DNA of 39,918 nt, taken from IMG/VR virus record IMGVR_UViG_3300017991_000034, positions 1 through 39,918 of that record, one strand, 5' to 3'. Below the pieces are notes generated by a model that was not told the origin of the DNA, searched no databases, and saw only the letters and a list, made by a program, of their open reading frames with translations. Positions 31,060 to 39,845 of the stretch are shown here, piece by piece. The translations under genes and the position numbers were made by a program. This stretch comes from a virus. Position 1 is the stretch's first letter, and each line of letters opens with the position of its first letter.

Positions 31060-31576
31060 CTTTCTCTTTAGGTTTTTCAGGAACTAAGTTGCTACTAGGA
31101 AACTTCTCCAGCACCCAGGAAATATTATTATTTTGAGTCTTTTCATCCATCTTCTGCTTAAGTTCTGCCTGCCAAACAATATCCTCCCTTACTGCGGGAT
31201 CATAATGATGCAATGATGCTTTCATAGTACCAGCATCAAAAATCTTCTTAAGCGCGCCCTCTTCTCTTCTAATGCCAAGCAAAAACCTTGCCTCATCGAT
31301 AGCCTCATTAAGAATAGGATACTTCTTCATCCACTTAGTAACGTACGTATTTGGAATACCATGCTCATAGAAGAATCTCTTTAAAGTGAGAGCATTGTCG
31401 TTATTCAAAGCCCAATGTATAAGCTCTAGAGAGATCTTTTCAATAAAGGACTGAGGAACTGGTTTCATGCGCATTGTAAACAGGTCTCTATACTGTTCTG
31501 TGTAGTGTTTAGGCTTTTTTGCAATCTTTACTTGGGGCTTTCGTTTATGTAATGATAGGGTGGTTTTATCTGCCAT
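31049..31576 (-). CDS. Putative terminase small subunit (175 aa)
   Basis: Strong SD GAGGAGG. It lies upstream of TerL. The HTH-like segment is TLKRFFYEHGIPNTYVTKWMKKYPILNEAIDEARFLL. Confidence 0.45.
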   Translation of the reverse strand: MADKTTLSLHKRKPQVKIAKKPKHYTEQYRDLFTMRMKPVPQSFIEKISLELIHWALNNDNALTLKRFFYEHGIPNTYVTKWMKKYPILNEAIDEARFLLGIRREEGALKKIFDAGTMKASLHHYDPAVREDIVWQAELKQKMDEKTQNNNISWVLEKFPSSNLVPEKPKEKDEE

Positions 31577-31995
31577 TACGCCTCCTCAATTGGTTCTTGA
31601 TCTATTTCTTTAATATTAATTTTAACTCTAGGGATTTGGGAATACATCTTGGATGATAATATTTTACATACTATTGAGTCATCTTTGTAAACGATACCTG
31701 TCATGCAATCTAATATAAACTTTAGAAGGTTATCTAGGTCGCTTTTGGATGTATGATACAGCCCTTTCTTTTTTGCTAATGCCTTAGTCTTTGGTATTGG
31801 AAGGTAGAATTCTGCGGTTAAAAAAGTTGGCTTAGTAAACATATCTAGTTCTTCATCCATAAATGCTTGTTTAATAAGATACCTAAAAAAGTGACGAATT
31901 TTGTATTGTGGGTCGTAGCATTTGCTGTAATTATGTCTATGTCTAGCTTGGGGCACTGGTTTTTCTAGTATGGTAAACATAAATTCTTGGTTCAT
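31576..31995 (-). CDS. rusA: RusA-family Holliday junction resolvase (139 aa)
   Basis: EKPVPQARHR..., then HTSKSDLDNLLKFILDCMTGIVYKDDSIVCKILSSKMY, which matches the RusA acidic catalytic motif pattern. Confidence 0.75.
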   Translation of the reverse strand: MNQEFMFTILEKPVPQARHRHNYSKCYDPQYKIRHFFRYLIKQAFMDEELDMFTKPTFLTAEFYLPIPKTKALAKKKGLYHTSKSDLDNLLKFILDCMTGIVYKDDSIVCKILSSKMYSQIPRVKINIKEIDQEPIEEA

Positions 31996-33392
31996 ATAAA
32001 TTTACACCGTTTAGCATAAGCGAGAAAGTTCTCTTCCCCTATTAATTTAATAAAGTCCTCGTTAATTTTGGGTGAATCGTTTTGTATTATTTTGTTTTCT
32101 TTTTTGGGTTCTGGTTTATATTCCCTGAATGGATATTTTGAACGTTCATATTCTAGTTGTTCTTTTTCTGCTTGTATCTGTTTGCTGGCAGAGAAATATT
32201 TATTTTTGTAATGCATACATCTGTTTATGACCCATTGATAAGTTATTGTTTTGTTGAAGCTGTTTTTAATGTCGGTTCTAACCTGTATTAATATCTCTTC
32301 ACCAAATGATTGTATCTTCTCTAGCTGTGATTGGTTTAATTTTTCTATCATACTATCTCCAGGAGAGGCTTCCAGTTCTACTGGGAGTTTATTATATCTA
32401 AATCCTTTTTGCAATATCCACTTTAGATATAAGGTTTGCAAGTTATTAGCATTTAATCTTATCAATTTATCTTGATATTTTTGAAGAGAGTTAAAAGTTT
32501 TTTTACCATTAAAGAAAGCATGCGCTATTATTTTTTCTTTTTTAGATAATATTTTATATTCATGCTCTATACAGAACCTAAGATCTACGCACTTCCTTTT
32601 TTGGGTATCTTCGAACCAATCATTTACTGAATCTATCTCTTTAAGGGTGTTATAATCATTTACTTCCTGTATGTTACCAGGATGTTCTTGTGTAAATATA
32701 GAATCCAGGTGCTCTACAGGCAGAGTGGTGGTAGGCTCTTGTGTTAAATTCTTACTTATTTTAGAAATTTCGTAATTATATTCTCCGAAGAAGGTCATAC
32801 TATTACTTCGTATAGACTTATTACTAGTAATATTAACTTTATAATTAAGATTAAGAGAAGTAAGTGCCCAAAAAGTAATAAAGAGAGGAACTAGAGCCAT
32901 TATCCGTTGACATAAAACATGAGATTTTGGTAGATGTTTTGTTATAAATTTGAAATCTTCTAGTAGATTTCCATCTAAAGAATAATCACAAGTCTTAGAC
33001 TTAAAAGTATTAGTTTCTAGGTTAACTACATCCCAACCCCTACTCTTTTTATTAACTAAGTTACAATCCCTTAATTTATTTGTGGCTGTTATTACAGTAT
33101 TTCTACAACAACCTACTGCACTAGACAACCACTTATGCGATGGAGTTATCTTCTTAGCTTTATATCTGTTAAACATGGAAAAGAACGTGTTCAAGAGGCT
33201 TATGTGCTTACTTGTCAATAAAGAAAGTTTATTAAAAAGATTCTTAGCCTTTAATTCGGCTTGAAGCTTTAAAGTTTTTTTAATAGAAAATTCAGAAAGT
33301 ACCGGATTAAAAAGATTTTCTGTTCTTTTTTCTTGACAGTTTATGAGGAGTTGCGTAATATGAGTTTCTAAGTTTGTTGTAAATTTTTGCAT
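31992..33392 (-). CDS. Replication-initiator-like / DNA-binding protein (466 aa), function uncertain
   Basis: ORF track. The HTH-like segment is LSSAVGCCRNTVITATNKLRDCNLV. It sits in the early operon next to RusA. Its SD is poor. Confidence 0.35.
   Translation of the reverse strand: MQKFTTNLETHITQLLINCQEKRTENLFNPVLSEFSIKKTLKLQAELKAKNLFNKLSLLTSKHISLLNTFFSMFNRYKAKKITPSHKWLSSAVGCCRNTVITATNKLRDCNLVNKKSRGWDVVNLETNTFKSKTCDYSLDGNLLEDFKFITKHLPKSHVLCQRIMALVPLFITFWALTSLNLNYKVNITSNKSIRSNSMTFFGEYNYEISKISKNLTQEPTTTLPVEHLDSIFTQEHPGNIQEVNDYNTLKEIDSVNDWFEDTQKRKCVDLRFCIEHEYKILSKKEKIIAHAFFNGKKTFNSLQKYQDKLIRLNANNLQTLYLKWILQKGFRYNKLPVELEASPGDSMIEKLNQSQLEKIQSFGEEILIQVRTDIKNSFNKTITYQWVINRCMHYKNKYFSASKQIQAEKEQLEYERSKYPFREYKPEPKKENKIIQNDSPKINEDFIKLIGEENFLAYAKRCKFI
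33333..33361 (+). promoter_or_regulatory. Antisense sigma70-like promoter inside the 5' end of the 466-aa gene
   Basis: TTGACA-N17-TAATAT on the plus strand. Confidence 0.5.
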
Positions 33393-33446
33393 GGTAACTT
33401 AAATTTACAAAAAAATTGACGGTCTGTAAAGGCCGTCTTTTTTTTT
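33368..33446 (+). ncRNA. Predicted ~80-nt cis-antisense RNA A covering the start codon and leader of the 466-aa gene
   Basis: It runs from the promoter at 33333..33361 to an intrinsic terminator at 33418..33446. The terminator has an 8-bp stem GACGGUCU-GUAA-AGGCCGUC followed by 9 U. The ends are approximate. Confidence 0.4.
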
Positions 33447-33589
33447 GTTTGTTTATTATCTGGGTTTAAATTAATAAGTTTATTATTAGAAATTCTAGAT
33501 TGAGATATATCGGTTTTAAAAGAATTTTCTTCTTTTTCTTTTCTTTTCTCTTGACAGTTTCTTAAATATATTTTAAGATATTTTATCAT
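33368..33589 (-). CDS. Questionable basic ORF (73 aa) whose N-terminus duplicates residues ~17-33 of the 466-aa protein
   Basis: SD AGGA-N6-ATG. LRNCQEKRKEKEENSFKT compares with LINCQEKRTENLFNPV. However, the bidirectional terminator lies inside its 3' part. Confidence 0.3.
   Translation of the reverse strand: MIKYLKIYLRNCQEKRKEKEENSFKTDISQSRISNNKLINLNPDNKQTKKKTAFTDRQFFCKFKLPCKNLQQT
33418..33446. terminator. Bidirectional intrinsic terminator (A-tract, stem with GNRA loop, T-tract) 25 nt upstream of the 466-aa start
   Basis: On the plus strand the stem is followed by T9. On the minus strand the same stem is followed by AAUUUUUUU. Confidence 0.6.
33551..33579 (+). promoter_or_regulatory. Second copy of the antisense promoter module
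   Basis: TTGACA-N17-TAAGAT. The ~45 bp upstream (cggttttaaaagaattttcttc...ctcTTGACAgttt) is homologous to 33302..33342. Confidence 0.5.
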
Positions 33590-33710
33590 CTTGATCCTAA
33601 TTTAGATGGTTTAAGGTTTTTATGTGATTCAAGCTATATAAAGACCTTATAGAAATTATGCGGTTTTGTAAAAACTTAGAAATAGGTTTTTATAGAACCG
33701 CACTTTTTTC
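33586..33710 (+). ncRNA. Predicted ~125-nt antisense / intergenic RNA B
   Basis: It runs from the promoter at 33551..33579 to a long hairpin at 33659..33702 (about 17 bp including G.U pairs) followed by CUUUUUUC. No credible plus-strand CDS lies in between. The ends are approximate. Confidence 0.35.
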
Positions 33711-33759
33711 TTTATTAATTATCGACATTTTAGTAGGTACAACAAGAGTACATAAGATT

Positions 33760-33790
33760 CCCCTGGATTTAAGTCCGGGGGTTTTTTATT
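33760..33790 (+). terminator. Strong plus-strand intrinsic terminator abutting the stop of the minus-strand HTH gene
   Basis: CCCCUGGA-UUUAAG-UCCGGGGG followed by UUUUUUAUUU. There is no U-tract on the minus strand. Confidence 0.65.
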
Positions 33791-33971
33791 TCTGTTTGCT
33801 TTGCTTAGCTTCTTCTAATAGTTTTTCTAGAACTTTTATATCATAGATTCTTATCTTGGTAATTGGATGAACTTCCGGTACTAACTTACCAGATTTATGC
33901 CAATTCCTTAAAGTTGCCTTAGATACACCTAAAAACTCTGCTGCCTTGTGAATTAATACTTTATCTTTCAT
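33786..33971 (-). CDS. Small MerR/excisionase-type HTH DNA-binding protein (61 aa), first gene of the leftward early operon
   Basis: SD AGAGG. AAEFLGVSKATLRNWHKSGKLVPEVHPITKIRIYDIKVLEKLL matches the excisionase/MerR-type HTH pattern. Confidence 0.7.
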   Translation of the reverse strand: MKDKVLIHKAAEFLGVSKATLRNWHKSGKLVPEVHPITKIRIYDIKVLEKLLEEAKQSKQK

Positions 33972-33987
33972 AATTACCTCTTTTATG

Positions 33988-34015
33988 TTGACAATATTTA
34001 TAACTTTAATATACT
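33988..34015 (+). promoter_or_regulatory. Rightward early promoter
   Basis: TTGACA-N16-TATACT. Its -10 box overlaps the -10 box of the leftward promoter. Confidence 0.5.
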
Positions 34016-34036
34016 ATATATATACTTTAATTACAA
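34008..34036 (-). promoter_or_regulatory. Leftward early promoter
   Basis: On the minus strand TTGTAA-N17-TATATT. Confidence 0.45.
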
Positions 34037-34064
34037 CAAAATATGAGAAAGTAAGAGTTTTAGT

Positions 34065-34301
34065 ATGTTTAGGATAGCAAGAAAAGGTACGAATCCTGAT
34101 TTGATTAAATACTTAAGTAAAATATCTAAATATGATCCACCTCATAAGTATTCAAAGTTGGTTAGTATTTACTTAGAAAGTCATTACATGAATATTTGTA
34201 AAAATACGCCATCCAAAATAGAATCAGAAATAAAAAAGTTTTTTCCGGAAATGATTATTTTTTTTAAGGAGATTCATGAAAGATTCGATAAAAGAAACTA
34301 A
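34065..34301 (+). CDS. Hypothetical early protein (78 aa)
   Basis: ORF track. It is the first gene of the rightward operon and overlaps the ERF start. Confidence 0.45.
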   Translation: MFRIARKGTNPDLIKYLSKISKYDPPHKYSKLVSIYLESHYMNICKNTPSKIESEIKKFFPEMIIFFKEIHERFDKRN

Positions 34302-35067
34302 CGCTAAACTAAGCGAACGAGAATCGTTTTTAGACCAACTTAATTCACTTAGGGCCCTAGAGTCTTATGTAAGTGAAAGAGTTGTAGCTACCCTGAAGTC
34401 TATCCCTGAGGATAAGTATGAATCTGATGATACTAAAGAGATTAATATAGCTCTTTCAAAAGCGCAGGGAGAATTTCCTTCTATTGGTTACAATAAGGAG
34501 AATCCATACTTTAAAAATAAATATACTGATCTTGATAGCATAGTAAAAGCTATTAGGCCTGCTCTTAATAAGAACGGCTTATCTATAACTCATCAAACTA
34601 TTATTACTAAAGAAGGTATGACCGTACTTAGGTCTAGAGTTAGGCATAATTCTGGTCAATGGATAGAAACTAGAGCAAGAATTATTCCTACAAAATCAGA
34701 TCCTCAAAGCTATGCAAGCGCTCTTACATACATGAAAAGATATTCCCTTATGGCATTAATTAATGTTACAACAAGTGATGATATATCAGATGATGATGCT
34801 GAAAGAAATATGTATACTCTAAGAGATACAAAAGCTAAAGGCGTAGCTTTAAACACTAAATATAACCCTAAAGATCAAGCTTCTGATGTTATAACAAAAG
34901 AACAACTAGAAGAACTTGAGTATGAGCTTGGCGAATATGATGATATAGCTGAAATGGTATTAGATGGATTAAAGCTTCAATCTCTTGCAGATATGCCTAA
35001 AAATAAATACTTATCAGCAGTTAAAAGAATTAGAGAAATAAAAAATGCTAGAGATGGTGTAAATTAG
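34276..35067 (+). CDS. erf: ERF-family single-strand annealing recombinase (263 aa)
   Basis: SD AAGGAG. ALSKAQGEFPSIGYNKENPYFKNKYTDLDSIVKAIRPALNKNGLSITHQ...YASALTYMKRYSLMALINV matches the ERF family pattern. Confidence 0.8.
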   Translation: MKDSIKETNAKLSERESFLDQLNSLRALESYVSERVVATLKSIPEDKYESDDTKEINIALSKAQGEFPSIGYNKENPYFKNKYTDLDSIVKAIRPALNKNGLSITHQTIITKEGMTVLRSRVRHNSGQWIETRARIIPTKSDPQSYASALTYMKRYSLMALINVTTSDDISDDDAERNMYTLRDTKAKGVALNTKYNPKDQASDVITKEQLEELEYELGEYDDIAEMVLDGLKLQSLADMPKNKYLSAVKRIREIKNARDGVN

Positions 35068-35080
35068 TTATTGGTGTTGG

Positions 35081-35139
35081 TTTTGCTGCAGGTTTTTTTT
35101 CTATTCCTTTTCCTATCTGTTTTTAGTCCTGCAGCAAAA
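35081..35139. repeat. 12-bp inverted repeat TTTTGCTGCAGG / CCTGCAGCAAAA with a 35-nt pyrimidine-rich spacer
   Basis: Read directly, between the ERF gene and the 98-aa gene. Confidence 0.8.
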
Positions 35140-35154
35140 TAAAATGAGGGAATA

Positions 35155-35451
35155 ATGTCCAATTATTACTCAAAGGTTAAACATCTTAAATATGCATCTC
35201 TTGAACAGGTAACACGATATAAAAAAATGAAAAAAAATTCTCTTGGATACATTCTAAATAAGATATTTAAAGCTACTATAATCATCATAGTAGTTATTTT
35301 ATTAATTCAGAAATTAAATGAATTGTTAAATAAAGATCAGATAATTTTAGTTAAAGAATCAGAAATAGTCACAGTCCCAAATAAAAAAAAGGGACCAGCT
35401 GCTTTTAAAACTGGCCCCCATCTTCAAGGAGAGAAGGATGAGAGACTATAA
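35155..35451 (+). CDS. Single-pass membrane protein (98 aa)
   Basis: SD GAGGGA. The TM segment is FKATIIIIVVILLIQKL. Its 3' end overlaps the convergent fibre gene by 6 nt. Confidence 0.5.
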   Translation: MSNYYSKVKHLKYASLEQVTRYKKMKKNSLGYILNKIFKATIIIIVVILLIQKLNELLNKDQIILVKESEIVTVPNKKKGPAAFKTGPHLQGEKDERL

Positions 35452-38037
35452 TATCCTTATAATTCTATCATCAAGAATAGGTAAGTAAAATTCTGTTGCA
35501 GTATTAAGTGCTGTCTTGCCGACCTGTATTGTAGCACCACTATTTAAAATGTTAATCCTGTCAGGTTGAGCGTAATTATTACTTGTCATAGAAACAGAGC
35601 CCTGAACTGAAAGTCCACCAACAGCAAAAGGATATTCAACCCAATCTAAACCATCCTTACTATAATACATTATACCAACACCAGCTATGTATCCAAAATC
35701 AACATCACCACCTATAACTATTGGAGTTCTTGGAGAACTATCACCATAAAAAGATAAACATGCTCCAGATGATCTATAAGAAATACCAGTATCAGATGTA
35801 AAAACCTGAGGAGAGGCATAGTTATATATACCATTACCTGCAAATATAAATTTTCCATTTGCTACTGTCATTCCTAATCCGTATGGAGCCTCTCCGCCAT
35901 AGGCATGAGATTGAAATGAGAAAGCAAGATTCCAAAACCCCGCAGCAGTAGGATCCTCTTTATAATATATTTTAGGTGGACTATAGCTATTATTAGAATT
36001 AGTAGAATATACTCCAAATTTATCTGCTGTGGCATTAAAACATATATTATATAAATGAGTACTAGTATCAGGATTTAATTCAGATGTATTAGTCCATGTT
36101 ATACCATCAGTACTGGTATAAATTTGATATCCCTGATTTATAGTAGCTGCCCATATTCCATCAGGTGAAGCTTTTTGATTATGAGTAACTGAAGAAAGAT
36201 ATTTTCCTGAACCAAGCACAAAAGTTTGTTTTGTCCATGTTATACCATCAGGACTTGTAGCTATTAAATCTCCAGTACCGTCTTCATTGCCATTGCAAGC
36301 TACCCATAAACCATCAGCTCCTGATTGACCATTATGTGCAACATATCTAATACTAGTAGTTGTAAATGGAGAAGTTGCCGCATTCCACGTAGTTCCATCT
36401 GTACTATATGATATACCTCCATTTGCAGGAGCAGCTCCTACAGCAACCCACAAACCTTCAGCTCCTGTAAGCTGATTATGAACTATCATTCTATTATAGG
36501 TATTAGTAGTAGTTTGAGTGGAGTATGTTGGATAATTATATATATGCCCAACCCGACTAAAAAGAGTAGAGTATGTAGTCTGACTTATAGCAGAACCATC
36601 ACATAATACCCATCCTGCAGCTCCCGTTGTAGCTGTGTCAAATCTTACTATAGATCCAATAGGAATATCTGTAGTTGCTGCTCCGACTGATTCGATATTA
36701 ATACTATTAGCTCCAGGCGTAACAGTTATAGTTCCACCAGTTGATGTTATGTCTGCCCAGGCTGGAGCTGTCCCACCACCTATTAATATCTGTCCATCAG
36801 TTCCATTATCAGATGAAATATAGCCGGTAGCACTAGTCTGCATAACGCCAGCTGTGTAAGAAGCTAGTCTGGCCGTTCCAGTAACTTCTAATCCACCTAC
36901 TATATTAGCTCCTCCACCCCCAACAACTAAAGTTCCTGTACAGCTTAGGGCACCAGTTGTTGCTATTATATCTCCAGTATCTGCTACAATATCTCCAGCA
37001 GTTGAAGTTATATCACCAGCAGCTGTTAACGTACCAGAAACAGAAGGTGAATTATCTAAATTTACAGTTACAGTTGAACTTGAACCTGAAGTATTAATAT
37101 TTAAACCACCGGCTACTGTAATCTCAGTTCCAGCAATTATTGCATCACCAGAATCTGTATGAAAAGTCTGAGCACCACCTCCGCCACCACCGCCGGTAGC
37201 AGAAATTGTAACACTATTAGCTCCATTTACTACCGTTACATTAGCTCCAGCGGTTATATTGCTCCATACTGGAGAAGAGCCTCCTCCTATTAATACCTGC
37301 CCATCAGTTCCATTAGAAGAAGTTAAATTACCAGAAGCATCTGATTGAACTACACCAGCCGTTAAATCATTAAATACAATGCCACCTGTTGCATTTATAC
37401 CACCTCCTGCTGTAGCTAAGCCAGTTGCCGCTATAACTTGACCAGCGGCAGATATTACGTCTCCAGCAGCTGATGTTATATCACCAGAAAGAGCTATAAT
37501 ATCTCCATTAGTTGATAGGCCACCAACAAAATTAGGACTAGCACTCATAGTTAAAGTAACCGTTGAACCTGCTCCAGAAGTTGTGATATTAGAATCGCCT
37601 AATATATTTATAGTGTTTCCAGATATGGTAGCAGTACCTGCATCTGTTACAAAGTCTTCTGCGCCAGTTCCTCCACCGCCTCCAGTTGCAGCAATAGTAA
37701 TACCATTAGCTCCATTTGTAATAGTTATATTAGATCCTGCTGTAAGGTTGTTCCAAACAGCTGTTCCATCATTACTTCCTATTAAAAGTTGTCCATCATA
37801 TACTGTTGCATCACTAGTAGTAGCTATTTCAGACCAAGTAGCAACATAATTAGATTTTGCAGTAAGCATCCATAAATTAGTATCTATAGATGTTACGTAT
37901 AACCATAGAGTTCCTATAACATATTCTGCATAATCATTCTGTGTTGGCGCTCTATGCATATACAAAAATTGAGGGGGAGTAGTAGACTCTACTCCCATAT
38001 AAGCTAAATTGTGAATTCCAGTTCTTTTTTTTGACAT
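35446..38037 (-). CDS. Fibre / receptor-binding protein (863 aa): repeated Gly-rich shaft, tail-collar-like motif and a C-terminal Asp-box (BNR-like) propeller
   Basis: SD TAGGAG. The shaft repeats contain NGTDGQVLIGGGSSPVWSNITAGANVTV and NGTDGQILIGGGTAPAWADITSTGGTITV. The collar-like segment is PIGSIVRFDTATTGAAGWVLCDGSAISQTTYSTLFSRVG. The Asp-boxes are STDGTTW, SPDGITW, STDGITW and SKDGLDW. Confidence 0.7.
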   Translation of the reverse strand: MSKKRTGIHNLAYMGVESTTPPQFLYMHRAPTQNDYAEYVIGTLWLYVTSIDTNLWMLTAKSNYVATWSEIATTSDATVYDGQLLIGSNDGTAVWNNLTAGSNITITNGANGITIAATGGGGGTGAEDFVTDAGTATISGNTINILGDSNITTSGAGSTVTLTMSASPNFVGGLSTNGDIIALSGDITSAAGDVISAAGQVIAATGLATAGGGINATGGIVFNDLTAGVVQSDASGNLTSSNGTDGQVLIGGGSSPVWSNITAGANVTVVNGANSVTISATGGGGGGGAQTFHTDSGDAIIAGTEITVAGGLNINTSGSSSTVTVNLDNSPSVSGTLTAAGDITSTAGDIVADTGDIIATTGALSCTGTLVVGGGGANIVGGLEVTGTARLASYTAGVMQTSATGYISSDNGTDGQILIGGGTAPAWADITSTGGTITVTPGANSINIESVGAATTDIPIGSIVRFDTATTGAAGWVLCDGSAISQTTYSTLFSRVGHIYNYPTYSTQTTTNTYNRMIVHNQLTGAEGLWVAVGAAPANGGISYSTDGTTWNAATSPFTTTSIRYVAHNGQSGADGLWVACNGNEDGTGDLIATSPDGITWTKQTFVLGSGKYLSSVTHNQKASPDGIWAATINQGYQIYTSTDGITWTNTSELNPDTSTHLYNICFNATADKFGVYSTNSNNSYSPPKIYYKEDPTAAGFWNLAFSFQSHAYGGEAPYGLGMTVANGKFIFAGNGIYNYASPQVFTSDTGISYRSSGACLSFYGDSSPRTPIVIGGDVDFGYIAGVGIMYYSKDGLDWVEYPFAVGGLSVQGSVSMTSNNYAQPDRINILNSGATIQVGKTALNTATEFYLPILDDRIIRIL

Positions 38038-38057
38038 TACTTTCTCCTAAGTATCTA

Positions 38058-39845
38058 CTATATATCTAAAGTTGCTAATTTACCACTAGCCCCTACTGCT
38101 ACCCAATTATCAGAGCCTGAACTTAATCCTTTAATTGCAGTTCCAGAAAAAGATGAAGTCTCCAACGTCCAAGTTCCTGTAGGATCAGATGCATAGGCTA
38201 TTTCACCATTATCATTACAAGCTCTCCAAAGTGAACCATCATATGTAACACAGTTAATATTGTGAGAACTAGACAAGGGATTAGTCCTTTGTGTCCACGT
38301 AGATGTAGGTGATGTGCTAGTTGCTATTTTTCCAGACGCACCACAAGCTACCCATATTGAATTAGCATATTCAACCCATAAAATGTAATCAGTACCAAAA
38401 GAACTTGTCCTAGATGTCCACGTAGATGTAGGATCGCTAGCCGTCGCCATATATCCTGTCTCGCCAACGATTGTCCACGTTGTCCCATCATAAGCTGCCT
38501 TATACATAACTTTACCCGTAAAGGGAGTAGTCCTGGATGTCCATGTCGATGTAGGATCTGTTGCCGTCATAACTTGAGCACTTGTACCACCGGTAGCTAC
38601 ATAATAACCATCTGAACCATATGTAATACCAATTACAAGATCAGTAGATGGATTAGTCCTCTGTGTCCATGTTCCTGTAGGTGATGTGCTAGTTGCTATC
38701 TTTCCACCGTTACCAGTTGCTACCCAGTATGTAGATCCATCATAAATAACATCAAATATAGTATCAGAAGTAAAAGAACTAGTTCTCTGTGTCCATGTTC
38801 CTGTAGGTGATGTGCTTGTTGCTAGTTTAGCACTACTGCCTACAGCTACCCAAGTTGTTCCATCTTCATATACACTATTAATTTGGGTAGTACCGAAAGA
38901 ACTTACGACCTGATTCCATGATGTTGACAGAGCTTCTTTGGTTGCTATTTTTCCATTTTGACCAACAATAGTAAAATAACCATCTCCACCATCTACCCAT
39001 CTAACATCATCTGTAGTTCCAAAATTACTAGTTTGCAATGTCCAAGTACCAGTAGGGTCATCAGTTTGAGCCACTTGACCATCTGCACCACATGCAGTCC
39101 ATGTACCATTATAATAAGAAACTCCCAATAAGCTCTTACCGCTATCAAAAGGATTATCTCCTCCTGTTATCTGAGTGAAACTTGATGTTGGATCTGTAGA
39201 GTAGGCCATCTTGCCAGATCCACCTACCGCTACCCAATTTGTCGATCCATCATAATCTATAGCCAATATATTATCACTACCAAAAGAACTAGTCCTTGAT
39301 GTCCACGTACCAGTAGGATCCGTAGCTGTACTCATTTCTCCACCAGCTGCAACAGCAACCCATAAACTTCCTGAATATGTAACATCATTAATAGATCCTG
39401 TTATATTGCTGGTCCTAGAAGTAAATGTAGAAGTAGGATCGGTAGCAGTATATAATTTTCCACTACCACCGCAAATTATATAATAAGTACCATCATATCC
39501 AGCATTTAATATATTATCAGTACTAAATCCAGGATCTGTTCTCAATGTCCACGTACCAGTAGGATCTGTAGCGGTACTAAATTTACCAGCTTGACCAACA
39601 GCAATCCAATATGATCCTCCATGCGTAATATTTGCTATAAATGAAGTAGAAAACCCACTAGTCCTTGATGTCCACGTACTCGTAGGATCCGTGGCAGAGG
39701 ATAATTTTCCACTGTCACCAACTATAACCCAGTAAGCAGATCCATCATATTTAACGCCATAGATTGCATCACTACTGAAACCGCTAGTTCCTAAGGTCCA
39801 AACATCTCTGCGTCTTTTTGTCATTAAACCTTGTAATCCAACCAT
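38058..39845 (-). CDS. 14-repeat beta-propeller-like virion protein (595 aa)
   Basis: SD GGAGG. There are fourteen ~42-aa repeats with the consensus ATDPTGTWTSRTSSFG..I..V.YDGS.WVAVG.SGK.AT. Confidence 0.65.
   Translation of the reverse strand: MVGLQGLMTKRRRDVWTLGTSGFSSDAIYGVKYDGSAYWVIVGDSGKLSSATDPTSTWTSRTSGFSTSFIANITHGGSYWIAVGQAGKFSTATDPTGTWTLRTDPGFSTDNILNAGYDGTYYIICGGSGKLYTATDPTSTFTSRTSNITGSINDVTYSGSLWVAVAAGGEMSTATDPTGTWTSRTSSFGSDNILAIDYDGSTNWVAVGGSGKMAYSTDPTSSFTQITGGDNPFDSGKSLLGVSYYNGTWTACGADGQVAQTDDPTGTWTLQTSNFGTTDDVRWVDGGDGYFTIVGQNGKIATKEALSTSWNQVVSSFGTTQINSVYEDGTTWVAVGSSAKLATSTSPTGTWTQRTSSFTSDTIFDVIYDGSTYWVATGNGGKIATSTSPTGTWTQRTNPSTDLVIGITYGSDGYYVATGGTSAQVMTATDPTSTWTSRTTPFTGKVMYKAAYDGTTWTIVGETGYMATASDPTSTWTSRTSSFGTDYILWVEYANSIWVACGASGKIATSTSPTSTWTQRTNPLSSSHNINCVTYDGSLWRACNDNGEIAYASDPTGTWTLETSSFSGTAIKGLSSGSDNWVAVGASGKLATLDI

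Noticed and set aside
33658-33846. 62-aa plus-strand ORF in the early control region
   Set aside because: It would read through two intrinsic terminator hairpins and into the antisense of the HTH gene. It has no SD. The region is better explained as non-coding RNA and terminators.
35446-35451. A 6-nt tail-to-tail overlap of the 98-aa (+) and 863-aa (-) genes as a possible regulatory feature
   Set aside because: Short convergent overlaps are common in compact phage genomes. No hairpin or other signal is present here.
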